A stretch of DNA of 64,000 nucleotides from Candidatus Pampinifervens sinense. GTDB taxonomy: Bacteria > Aquificota > Aquificia > Aquificales > Aquificaceae. The stretch is taken from the NCBI GenBank assembly GCA_037927135.1, contig JAXSPP010000001.1, positions 32,001 to 96,000 of the forward strand. Reading direction: 5' to 3'. Of the stretch, positions 50,357 through 60,345 are shown piece after piece. A model generated the notes under the pieces. The model was given only the letters and a program-made list of their open reading frames with translations. It ran no database searches and was not told where the DNA came from. A program made the translations under genes and the position numbers. How positions within the stretch are numbered: position 1 is the stretch's first letter; every line of letters starts with the position of its first letter.

Positions 50357-50429
50357 ATAGTGGCAGGGTGTTTCTTCTGTTCCATGTGCATATTTTACAG
50401 GTGTCCGTTTGGTTAAGCCCTGCCACTAT
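50357..50429. repeat. 73-bp element bounded by perfect 12-bp inverted repeats
   Basis: ATAGTGGCAGGG (50357-50368) and CCCTGCCACTAT (50418-50429). Confidence 0.6.
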
Positions 50430-50438
50430 ACGCCTTCT

Positions 50439-52124
50439 TCAATCATTAAGGTATTTGGCCACTTCTTGCTTCAAAGATGGGTTTATACCAAGCTTTTTTA
50501 AACTTTGGTCGTCCGCCTTTATAAATTCATACAGATTTTCAAAGTTCCTGTAGATTAGCCTCTTTTTCACCTCGCCTATGCCCTTTATCTTATCCAACAC
50601 ATCCTGCATACTTTCTTTTAGTCTAAGCTTTCTGTTATATGTCAAAGCAAACCTATGAGCTTCATCCCTTATGAGGCCAAAAATCCTGTAGAGGATGGGA
50701 TATTTTTTAAGCTCTATCTCTTTCCCATCCTCACATATTAGAATTTCTTCCTCCTTTGCAAGGGCAAGGACCTTTATAGGTAGAGAAAACTTGTCCCTTA
50801 CCCTTAATGCCACATTAAGCTGTCCGTAGCCACCATCTATGAGCCAAAGGTCTGGCATCTTCTCTTCACCTTCTTTTAGCCTTTTTGCCCTGCGGGAAAG
50901 CACTTCTTCAAGAGCTTTGTAATCGTCTATGCCTTTAAAGGTCTTTATCCTATACCTTCTATAAGCCCTTTTATTCATATCTCCCATTTCCCAAACCACA
51001 CAGGACCCAACCGTATAATCTCCATAGAAATGGGATATGTCAAAGCCTTCAATCCTTTCTGGTAAATTCATATTCAAAACCTTGTTAAACTCTTCCCTTA
51101 AGAGTTCTGGGTCCAATTGGTGTCCCAAGTTCTCCCTTATTAACTCCTCCAGACCTCTATCTATTTCCTTTATAAGGTTAAAGGTTCCTCTTTGTCTTAG
51201 CCACCAAAGGGCCTCTTCTGATATTTCAAAATTTACCATAAGATTCTTTGGCAATGGGCTGGTGTAATAAAATCCCAAAAGAAATTCTTCCAACTCCTCT
51301 TCCTTATCAAGGGTTATTACCTGCTTGTCCACAAGCCTTCCAGACCTTATGAGGAATAGGCCTACGAGCCTTCCCATCTGGTAGATTATGTCCGCATTGG
51401 AATACTCAAGTCCCGATACCCTTTGACCCTTTGATAGGTTTTCCAATGCTTGTATTTGATCCCTAAGCATGGCACATCTTTCAAAGCTTAGGTTTTGCAT
51501 TTCCAGTTCAATTTTTGAATAAAGCTCTTCCAACACTTGGCTGACATCCCCAGAGAGAAGAGCTATGGCAGACTTTACAGAAAGATTGTAAGAATCCTTA
51601 TCTACGAGGCCACAGCAGGGTGCAGAACATAGACCCAGATGGTAATCCATGCAGGGTTCCTTTCTTATAGGCATCGGGTCGCAGGTGCGTAGTTTAAAAA
51701 CTTTATGGATTAACCTTTTTACCCTTCTTGCCTTGGATGTGCTAAAGAAGGGGCCAAAGAGCTGTCCCTTATGGTCTGTGCCTCTTACCACCTTTATGGT
51801 AGGAAAGGCTTCCTTGGTTATAAGCAATAAGGGATAGCCTCCACCATACTTATGAAGCACATTGTAGCGTGGTTTGTGAAGCTGTATCAGGTCCACTTCA
51901 AGGGTTAGGGCTTCGTAAGTGTTGCGTGTTATTATCCACTCCACATCCGTTGAGTTGTTTATTATGGCTCTCTCTTTGCCATCCTTTTCTGCTAGCTTAT
52001 AGTGTTGCAAAAGTCTATCCCTTAAGCTTTTTGCTTTGCCTATGTATAAAACCTTTTTACCCTTTTTAAAGATATACACGCCAGGCTTGTCTGGTGCTTT
52101 TTGAAGCACATCAAGGCTTATCAT
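50439..52124 (-). CDS. uvrC: Excinuclease ABC subunit C
   Basis: GIY-YIG (PGVY, YIGKA), EGFDISH, IDGG.GQ, RDEAHRFA. Confidence 0.97.
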   Translation of the reverse strand: MISLDVLQKAPDKPGVYIFKKGKKVLYIGKAKSLRDRLLQHYKLAEKDGKERAIINNSTDVEWIITRNTYEALTLEVDLIQLHKPRYNVLHKYGGGYPLLLITKEAFPTIKVVRGTDHKGQLFGPFFSTSKARRVKRLIHKVFKLRTCDPMPIRKEPCMDYHLGLCSAPCCGLVDKDSYNLSVKSAIALLSGDVSQVLEELYSKIELEMQNLSFERCAMLRDQIQALENLSKGQRVSGLEYSNADIIYQMGRLVGLFLIRSGRLVDKQVITLDKEEELEEFLLGFYYTSPLPKNLMVNFEISEEALWWLRQRGTFNLIKEIDRGLEELIRENLGHQLDPELLREEFNKVLNMNLPERIEGFDISHFYGDYTVGSCVVWEMGDMNKRAYRRYRIKTFKGIDDYKALEEVLSRRAKRLKEGEEKMPDLWLIDGGYGQLNVALRVRDKFSLPIKVLALAKEEEILICEDGKEIELKKYPILYRIFGLIRDEAHRFALTYNRKLRLKESMQDVLDKIKGIGEVKKRLIYRNFENLYEFIKADDQSLKKLGINPSLKQEVAKYLND

Positions 52125-52232
52125 AGAGAATAATATAGGTTGTGCGAAAAATCAAAGGTGTAAGTTTAATAAGCCTTTCTGGCTTTAAGCTCCCATAAAA
52201 GGAAAATTAATAAGGATGGATTTACTTCCCTC

Positions 52233-52261
52233 TTGACAAAATGATAAACCGGTCTTATAAT
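52233..52261 (+). promoter_or_regulatory. Consensus sigma70 promoter of the molybdoenzyme operon
   Basis: TTGACA-N17-TATAAT, exact consensus. Confidence 0.85.
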
Positions 52262-52269
52262 GAGTAAAG

Positions 52270-52281
52270 TGATTTAAATCA
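52270..52281. promoter_or_regulatory. CRP/FNR-like palindrome just downstream of the predicted start site
   Basis: TGATTTAAATCA (TGAT-N4-ATCA). Confidence 0.55.
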
Positions 52282-52297
52282 TCAAAGGAGGTGAGCT

Positions 52298-55200
52298 ATG
52301 GGTGGTCTAAGCAGAAGAGATGTGCTAAAAGTAGGTGGCTTATCTTTGGCAAGCCTTGTAAGCCCATCCTTTGCTTTTAGGGTTATGGAGCCTGTAGTCA
52401 AGGTAGAAAACCCTATGCTTTATTATCCCAACAGGGACTGGGAGAGGTTTTACAGAGATATATAAGTCGGAAAGCACCTTTACCTTTCTTTGCGCTCCAA
52501 ACGATACCCATAACTGTCTTTTGACTGCCCATGTTAAGAATGGGGTGATGACAAGGATTGAGCCCACATATAAGTTTGGAGAGGCGACGGATATATACGG
52601 CCTTAAAGCATCTCACCGATGGGACCCAAGGTGTTGTAATAAGGGCCTTGCTCTTATGAGAAGGTTTTATGGAGACAGAAGGGTTAAGGGACCCATGGTT
52701 AGGATGGGTTTTTATCAGTGGTATAAGGATGGCTTTCCAAGAGACCCAAAGACAGGCAAACCGCCAGAAAAGTATTTCCAAAGGGGTAAAGAAAAGTTCA
52801 TAAAGGTAACCTGGGATGAAGTGGCAGACATAATAGCAAAGGCCCTAATAAACATAGCAACCACATATACAGGCGAAGAAGGAAGAAAAAGGCTTGAAGC
52901 GCAAGGATACCCCAAGCCTATGATTGATGCCATGGAGGGTGCTGGGACAAGGGTTTTGAAGTTTAGGGGTTCTATGCCTCTCCTTGCAGTTGTTAGATAC
53001 ACATCTCCCTACAGAATGGCAAACATGATGGCCCTTTTGGACAGCCATATAAGGGGAGTGGGTCCAGACAAAGCCCTTGGAGGAAGAGGCTGGGACAATT
53101 ATGCTTTCCATACAGACCTTGCGCCAGGCCATCCTATGGTAAGCGGTCAGCAGAACGTGGAGTTTGACCTATGTATGTGGGAGCACTCAAAGCTTATCAT
53201 CCTTTGGGGAATGAACCCATTTACTACCAAAATGCCAGACTCTCACTGGCTAACGGAGGCAAGGATAAAAGGTTCTAAGGTGATAGTTATATCCAACGAT
53301 TATTCCCCTACTGCAAGGTCTGCAGATGAGGTGATCATAGTAAGAACTGGAACGGACACAGCCTTAGCCCTTTCCATAGCTTATGTGATAATGAAGGAGA
53401 AACTATACCAGGAAAGGTATGTGAAGAGCTTTACCGATATGCCACTCCTTGTAAGGATGGACAACGGCAAGGTCCTAAGGGCAAGAGACATAATACCCAA
53501 CTATCAACCCAAAGAACTTAAAAAGGCGGTGGTTTTCAAACCGGGCGAAACACTTCCACCCTTTTTCAAACAAGAAAAGCAGTATATTCCAGAACCTATA
53601 AGAAAGGAAGATATGAACGACTTTGTGGTGTGGGACAAAAAGAGCAACTCTCCAAAGGTGATAACAAGGGATGATGTGGGAGAAGACTTTTGGAAGCTTG
53701 GTATAGACCCAGCCCTTGAGGGAACTTATAAGGTAAAGACTGTGGATGGAAAAGAGGTGGAAGTAAAGCCCCTTTTCCAAGTTTACCTTGAATTCTTTGA
53801 AAAAAGCTACACCCCAAAGCAGGCAGAGATAATAACGGGAGTGCCAGCCAAGAAAATAGAAAAATTGGCAAGGGAGATAGCATCACATCCAAGGAATATG
53901 AAGCTGGCGCAAGGTATGGGTGTAAATCAATACCAGCATGCAGACCTAAAGGACAGAGCCATGTATATGATATGCGCCCTCACCGATAACATAGGCCATG
54001 CCACAGGAAACATAGGATCCTACGCTGGAAACTTTAGGCTTGCACTCTTTAATGGCGCACCTCAATATTTGGCGGAAGACCCCTTCAACATAGAACTGGA
54101 CCCAAACAAGCCTGCCAAGGTAAGGTTTTATTGGAGTCCAGAGTCTGCCCACTACTATTCTCATGACGACCATCCCCAATATATGGGAGAAGAGCTCATT
54201 ACTGGAAAGACCCACATGCCCACTCCTACCAAGTTTATATGGTTTGTGGATGCCAATTCTGCCCTTGGCAACGCCAAGTGGAAGTACAACATAGTTATGA
54301 ACACCCTTCCAAAGATTGAGTGTATAGTCACCAACGAGTGGTGGTGGTCTATGACCTGCGAGTACTCAGACATAGTGCTTGGAGTGGATGCATGGAACGA
54401 GAACAAATACTGGGATATTGCAGGGTCGGTTACTAACCCCTTTGTGTATGTATGGCCAAAGACTGGACACAGAAGGCTATATGACACAAAGAACGATGCG
54501 GAAACCTTTGCCCTTGTGGCAAACAGGCTTACAGAGCTTACGGGGGATGAACGATTTAGGAACTACTGGAAGTTTGTACTTGAGGGGAAGCAAGACGTGG
54601 TCTATGTGCAAAGAGTTATAAACGCCTCTTCAAACTTAAGGGGCTACAAGCTTGAAGAGATAGCAAAGAAGGCCCATGAGGGCATACCATCCCTCATAAT
54701 GACAAGAACCTATCCCAAGTATGTGGGGAAAGACCAAACGGAGGAGAGTATGCCATGGTATACAAAAAGTGGAAGGCTTGAGTTTTATAGAGAAGAGCCA
54801 GAGTTCATAAACGCAGGAGAAAACCTGCCAGTTTATAGAGAACCAATAGATTCAACCCATTATGAGCCAAACGTAATAGTAGCCAAGCCACATCCACTCC
54901 TTAGGCCCAAAAAACCAGAGGACTACAAGGTTAAAAGCGAAGATGCCCTTTTAAACACAGAGTGGAGACAGGCAAGGAACGTTTTAGTATCTCCTGAGAA
55001 ACTTCCTAAGACAAAGCATCCCCTTAAAGTCACCTTTGGAGCTACGCATATAGTCCATACACCCAAGTATAGGCACTCAGCCCATACCACAACGGGAGAT
55101 ATGGATATTACTACCCTTCTCTTTGGTCCTTTTGGAGACATATATAGGCACGATAAGAGAATGCCCTTCATTTCAGAAGCTTACATAGATATAAATCCAA

Positions 55201-55757
55201 AGGATTTGGAAAAGCTGGGTATAAAGGATGGGGACTACGTGTGGGTGGATGCAGACCCTCAGGATAGACCCTTTGTGGGATGGAAAAACAGACCAGAAGA
55301 CTATGAGGTGGCAAGACTTCTTCTAAGGGCCAGGGCATCCAACAACACACCACCGGGCTGTGCCAAGATATGGTTTAACATGTATGGTTCAACTCATGGA
55401 ACCGTTAGAGGAACAAAGGAAAACCCCAACGGACTTGCTAAGAATCCTTACACCAACTATCAATCCCTTTACAGGAGGGGGAGCCACCAAAGCATTACAA
55501 GGTCTTGGCTAAAGCCTACCTATCAAACAGATACGTTGATAAGGAAGAACCTTATGGGACAGATAATAGGCAAGGGTTTTGAGCTTGATGTACATGGCCC
55601 GATAGGTGCACCTAGGGAAGGTTTTTGCAAGATAATAAAGGCTGAGGATGGCGGAATAGGTGGAAAAGGATTGTGGAGGCCACTAAAGCTTGGCTTTAGA
55701 CCCATGAATCCAAACGAGATGCTAAAGAAGTATGTAAGAGCTGAATACATAAAGTGA
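52298..55757 (+). CDS. narG: Type II DMSO-reductase-family molybdoenzyme alpha subunit (periplasmic nitrate reductase / Nitrospira-type NXR-like); frameshifted near 52460-52465
   Basis: SD and ATG 52298 give the Tat leader MGGLSRRDVLK...YPNRDWERFYRDI*. The frame starting at 52464 continues KSESTFTFLCAPNDTHNC, WDPRCCNKG, NYAFHTD, TKSGRLEF. Confidence 0.85.
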
Positions 55758-55768
55758 GGAGGTGAGCC

Positions 55769-56875
55769 ATGAAAGCTTATAACTGGCAACTAAAAAGGGA
55801 AATCAACTATCCCTACGAGGTCAAAAGGCCAAAAAGGCAGTTTGCAGTAGTCATGGACCTAAACAAATGTATAGCCTGTCAGACATGTACTGTAGCTTGT
55901 AAGACCACATGGACTCCCGGAAGAGGCCAGGAGTATATGCTTTGGAACAACGTGGAAACAAAGCCTTACGGCTTTTATCCCCTTGGCTGGGATGTGAGGC
56001 TCCTTGAGCTTTTGGAAGGCAATAAAAAGACTGTCTTTGATGCGCCGGAGGGTGAAAGGGTGTTGGGCTGGAAACCGGAGGATATGGATTGGATGTATCC
56101 AAACATAGGAGAGGATGAGGTAAACGAGCCCGTGGACATAGGCACTGTGCTTGAATCCTTGCCGCACCCCATATGGATGTTCTACCTACCAAGGATATGC
56201 AATCACTGTACTTACCCCGCCTGCGTTGCCGCCTGCCCAAGGCAGGCCATATACAAAAGGGAAGAGGATGGCATAGTCCTTATAGACCCAGAAAGATGCG
56301 AAGGCTATCAGGAATGTGTAAGGGCATGCCCCTATAAGAAGACCATGTTTAACTTTGTGGCGAGGATATCTCAGAAGTGCATAGGCTGTTTCCCAAGGGT
56401 GGAAGAGGGGCTTCAGCCTCAATGTGTTATAACATGCATAGGCAAGATAAGGCTCATGGGCTTTATAAGCCCACCGGAGGAGGCAAGGCCAGACAATCCT
56501 ATAGACTTTTTGGTACATATAAAGAAGGTTGCCCTCCCCCTATATCCTCAAACGGGGCTTGAGCCAAACGTCTATTACATACCACCCATAAACGTGCCCA
56601 TTAAGTTCCTCAAACAGATGTTTGGCGATGGTGCAGAGCATGCGGTAAAAACCTACATGGCCATGAGGGAAGGAAAAGAGCCAGAGCTTCAAGCCCTTCT
56701 GCATCTCTTTGGCTCCACGCCAAGGATACCATACTCCTTTGCAGTGGGGCCAAAGGAAGTTATAGCTTACGATGAGAAGGGTAAGGAGATAGTTAGAGTG
56801 CCCCTTGTGGAACCTCTTCAAATAAGGCCTCACAAGGACGAAAGGCTTGAGGTTGTAAGGCAAGACATACCTTGA
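55769..56875 (+). CDS. narH: Fe-S beta subunit (NarH/NxrB-like)
   Basis: [44 protein letters not shown]. Confidence 0.9.
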   Translation: MKAYNWQLKREINYPYEVKRPKRQFAVVMDLNKCIACQTCTVACKTTWTPGRGQEYMLWNNVETKPYGFYPLGWDVRLLELLEGNKKTVFDAPEGERVLGWKPEDMDWMYPNIGEDEVNEPVDIGTVLESLPHPIWMFYLPRICNHCTYPACVAACPRQAIYKREEDGIVLIDPERCEGYQECVRACPYKKTMFNFVARISQKCIGCFPRVEEGLQPQCVITCIGKIRLMGFISPPEEARPDNPIDFLVHIKKVALPLYPQTGLEPNVYYIPPINVPIKFLKQMFGDGAEHAVKTYMAMREGKEPELQALLHLFGSTPRIPYSFAVGPKEVIAYDEKGKEIVRVPLVEPLQIRPHKDERLEVVRQDIP

Positions 56876-56887
56876 AGGAGGTGAGCC

Positions 56888-57724
56888 ATGATAGTTATAA
56901 AGTTTTTAGTTTTTGGCTTGCTTTTACTTAGTTTTTCCTTTGCGCAGGAACTCATATCCAAAAGGGTTTCTAAGACCACCGTAGACCCCTTTGACAAGGT
57001 ATGGGATCAGGCAAAGGAGGTGGAAGTTCCCCTCTCCGGTCAAGCTGTTACCACACCCATGAAGCTAAAACCTACTGTAAACAGCATAAGGGTAAAGAGT
57101 GTAAACGACGGCAAGTATATAGCCTTTTTGCTTGTATGGGAAGACAAAACCCAGGACAGGTTCCACCTTGTAGATGCCTTTCCCGATGCGGTGGCCATTC
57201 AAATACCTTACAAGCCCTCCAGCGATGTGCCAGTTACAATGGGCGATAAAGGGCAGAGGGTTTTAATACTTCATTGGACAGCATCAAGGGAGGAAGACTT
57301 GGAGCATGGCTATGCGGATGTTTCCAAAATATACCCCAATGCAGTCTACGACTGGTATCCCCACGCCACACCACCCTATAAATATCCAGAGGACTGGGCA
57401 AACCAATATGCCCTTAGCTACATAGGAGGTGAAAAGGTCTTTAGAAAGAACACGCTAAAGACCCCTGTTAGAGAGATAGTGGCGGAGGGTTTTGGTTCTA
57501 CCACATGGAAGGATATACAAGGAGCGGAAGGTAAGGGTGTTTACAAGGATGGAAAATGGTATGTGGTTATAAGGAGGGCTTTTGTGGAGGAGAATACGAG
57601 CAATCCAGATTGGGGACCTGGTAAGACAACCTTTATAACCTTTGCCGTATGGGATGGTTCTACTGGCGACGTGGGCGCAAGGAAGGTGCTAAGCTACTCA
57701 TGGATACCTTTAAAGGTGGAGTGA
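56888..57724 (+). CDS. Periplasmic heme b gamma subunit (EbdC/NxrC-like)
   Basis: Signal peptide; W.D, F.DAVAIQ.P, TMG (Met ligand), FAVWDG..G...ARK (Lys ligand). Confidence 0.85.
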   Translation: MIVIKFLVFGLLLLSFSFAQELISKRVSKTTVDPFDKVWDQAKEVEVPLSGQAVTTPMKLKPTVNSIRVKSVNDGKYIAFLLVWEDKTQDRFHLVDAFPDAVAIQIPYKPSSDVPVTMGDKGQRVLILHWTASREEDLEHGYADVSKIYPNAVYDWYPHATPPYKYPEDWANQYALSYIGGEKVFRKNTLKTPVREIVAEGFGSTTWKDIQGAEGKGVYKDGKWYVVIRRAFVEENTSNPDWGPGKTTFITFAVWDGSTGDVGARKVLSYSWIPLKVE

Positions 57725-57725
57725 T

Positions 57726-58394
57726 ATGAGTGTATATAAGGCTTATGTTTATAGCTTTCTTTCGGTGGCCTTTTCTTACCCTTCGGAGGAGGTCTTGGAC
57801 GAGCTGTGGGGAGGTCTTGATGACCTCTCCCTCTCTTTAAAGGAGCTTGGCATTGAGTTTGATGTGGAAGCCTTGCGCAGGGTTATAGAAGAGAGTAAAA
57901 GAAGGGTCCTTGACCTCAAGGGAGAATGGACCTCTCTCTTTTCCACCTCTTTAAAAGCCCCTGCCAATGAGACAGCTTATGAGATGGATAAGGCGGCAAG
58001 GAGGGCTTGGGAGCTTGCAGACATAGAGGGCTTTTACAAAGCCTTTGGGCTTGATGTAAAGCCACCAGTGGAGCCAGACAGCCTTGTGGCGGAGCTTGAG
58101 TTTATGGCCTACCTGATAAAGAAGGAGATGTATGCAGAGGAAAGAGGAATGGAGGAAGAGGCAAGGATTGCAAAGGAGGCTTACACCAACTTTTTCAGAG
58201 ACCATCTGGGAAGATGGTATAGGATATTCACAGACCTTGTGAAAGAGAACACGGAGGAAGAGTACTACAAGCTTATAGCTACTCTTTTAAGACTCTTCTT
58301 AGACAACCAAAGGGAAGGTATAGAAGGTATAAAGGATATAGAAGAATACAGGAAGGAAGTGCTGGGAGGCTCCACCTGGAAGTGCGGCTTTTAA
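57726..58394 (+). CDS. TorD/DmsD-family molybdoenzyme chaperone
   Basis: LADIEGFYKAFG, EPD...AELEFM, F..DHL..W. Confidence 0.88.
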   Translation: MSVYKAYVYSFLSVAFSYPSEEVLDELWGGLDDLSLSLKELGIEFDVEALRRVIEESKRRVLDLKGEWTSLFSTSLKAPANETAYEMDKAARRAWELADIEGFYKAFGLDVKPPVEPDSLVAELEFMAYLIKKEMYAEERGMEEEARIAKEAYTNFFRDHLGRWYRIFTDLVKENTEEEYYKLIATLLRLFLDNQREGIEGIKDIEEYRKEVLGGSTWKCGF

Positions 58395-58409
58395 CTTATA
58401 ATTTTCTCC

Positions 58410-59381
58410 ATGAGCCAGACCTTGGCGGAAAAGTTTTACTACCTTATGAAGCTTGGGAGGGAGTTTGAGATAAGGTGTAAGGAAGAGTATTTGAAGGGGA
58501 ACATATCGGGCTTTTTGCACCTTGCCATAGGGGAGGAGGCGGTGCATGTGGGTGCGGTGGTGGGCTTTGGCAAGGGGGACCTCTTTTGTCCTTACAGAGA
58601 GCATGTATTGGCTTTGGCAAGGGGCATAGACCCAAAGCTCATAATGGCAGAGCTTTTCGGAAAGGCCACAGGCGTCTCAAAGGGTAAGGGTGGTTCTATG
58701 CATCTTTATGAGCCAAAGATGGACTTTTATGGGGGCAACGCCATAGTTGCCGCGCACATTCCCCATGCGGTAGGCGCAGCCTATGCCAGAAAGCTCATGG
58801 GTGAAAAGGCTGGTGTTTTGTGCATATTTGGAGATGGAGCTACAAACAATGGCACCTTCTTTGAAGCTATAAACATGGCCGCCTTGTGGGAGGTGCCCGT
58901 TTTATTCCTCTGTGAAAACAACTACTACGCCATAGGCACACATATATCAAGGTCCTCGGCCATAAAGGAGCTTCATCTAAAAGCGAGGGACTACATGCCC
59001 ACAGAGGTGGTGGATGGTATGGATGTCTTTGCCGTCTATGAGGCTGTCCTTAGGGCCAAGGCCTACATAGAAGAGTATGGAAAGCCATACTTTATAGAGG
59101 CCATTACCTACAGGTTTGAAGGCCATTCTATGGCCGATAAGGGAGACTACAGGTCTCCAAGGGAGCTGGAGATGTTCAAAAAGAGGGACCCAATAAAGCT
59201 TCTTGTGGAAAGGTCCTTAAAGGAAGGGTGGCTTACAGAGGAACAGATAAGGATCATAGACCAAAAGGTGGAGGCCATAGTAGAAGAAGCTGTCCAGTTT
59301 GCCCTGAGCTCTCCAGAGCCCTCTGAGGAGGAGCTATACACGGATATATACTGTGGGGTGTGTTCCGATGTTATACCGTGA
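58410..59381 (+). CDS. pdhA: Pyruvate dehydrogenase E1 alpha
   Basis: GFLHL, YREH, GKGGSMH, GDGA...ENN TPP motif, YRFEGHS. Confidence 0.9.
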   Translation: MSQTLAEKFYYLMKLGREFEIRCKEEYLKGNISGFLHLAIGEEAVHVGAVVGFGKGDLFCPYREHVLALARGIDPKLIMAELFGKATGVSKGKGGSMHLYEPKMDFYGGNAIVAAHIPHAVGAAYARKLMGEKAGVLCIFGDGATNNGTFFEAINMAALWEVPVLFLCENNYYAIGTHISRSSAIKELHLKARDYMPTEVVDGMDVFAVYEAVLRAKAYIEEYGKPYFIEAITYRFEGHSMADKGDYRSPRELEMFKKRDPIKLLVERSLKEGWLTEEQIRIIDQKVEAIVEEAVQFALSSPEPSEEELYTDIYCGVCSDVIP

Positions 59382-60345
59382 TGCCCTAAACCTTGCCCTT
59401 GACCATGCCATGGAGCATGACAGCAGGGTGGTCATACTGGGTGAGGATGTGGGCTTTTACGGTGGCAACTATAAGGTGACCGACGGCCTCTATGTAAAGT
59501 ATGGGCCAAAGAGGGTCATAGACACGCCAATAGCGGAGAACTCCATAGTGGGCACTGCCATAGGTATGGCTATGATGGGCCTTCGCCCTGTGGCTGAGAT
59601 AATGACGGTAAACTTTGCCATGCTGGCTATGGACCAGTTTGTAAACCAGATGGCAAAGCTAAGATACATGAGCGGTGGAAAGATCTTTCTACCCCTTGTG
59701 GTAAGGATGCCTCAAGGTGTAGCAAAACAGCTTGCAGCACAGCACTCTCAAAGCCTTGAGCATATGTTTGCCAGCATACCGGGCCTTTATGTTTTTTGCG
59801 CCTCCGACTCTATTAGCGCCTACCATGGTCTTTTGTATGCCATAAGGATGGATGACCCTGTGGTCTTTTTGGAGCACACCCTACTTTATGGCATGGACTT
59901 TCCCTTTGAGTATGTTAAAGACTTTGACCCTTTTAGGGCAAGGGTGCTAAAGGAGGGGAAGGATATAACGGTGGTCTCTTACCTTAAGATGGTCCATGAT
60001 GTGCTAAAGGCCTGCCAGTGGCTTGAGGAAAAAGATGGCATATCCTGCGAGGTAATAGACCTTGTCTCTTTGAGGCCCATAGACTTTGAAACCATATACC
60101 AGTCGGTCAAAAAGACAAAGAGGCTTGTGGTGGTCTATGAGGCTCCAAAAAGCTTTGGGCTTGGTGCGGAGATAAGCGCAAGGGTCTCAGAAGAACTCTT
60201 TTACTTCCTTGATGCTCCACCGCTTAGGATAGCTGGGGAGGAGGTGCCCATACCTTACAACAGGAAGCTTGAGCTTTTGGCCATACCCACGCCGGAGAAG
60301 ATATACAGTCAAATACTAAGCTGGAGCAAAAGGCATGGACTATGA
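59368..60345 (+). CDS. pdhB: Pyruvate dehydrogenase E1 beta
   Basis: GEDV, DTPIAE, AQHSQ, PVVFLEH. ATG at 59368. Confidence 0.9.
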   Translation: MLYRDALNLALDHAMEHDSRVVILGEDVGFYGGNYKVTDGLYVKYGPKRVIDTPIAENSIVGTAIGMAMMGLRPVAEIMTVNFAMLAMDQFVNQMAKLRYMSGGKIFLPLVVRMPQGVAKQLAAQHSQSLEHMFASIPGLYVFCASDSISAYHGLLYAIRMDDPVVFLEHTLLYGMDFPFEYVKDFDPFRARVLKEGKDITVVSYLKMVHDVLKACQWLEEKDGISCEVIDLVSLRPIDFETIYQSVKKTKRLVVVYEAPKSFGLGAEISARVSEELFYFLDAPPLRIAGEEVPIPYNRKLELLAIPTPEKIYSQILSWSKRHGL

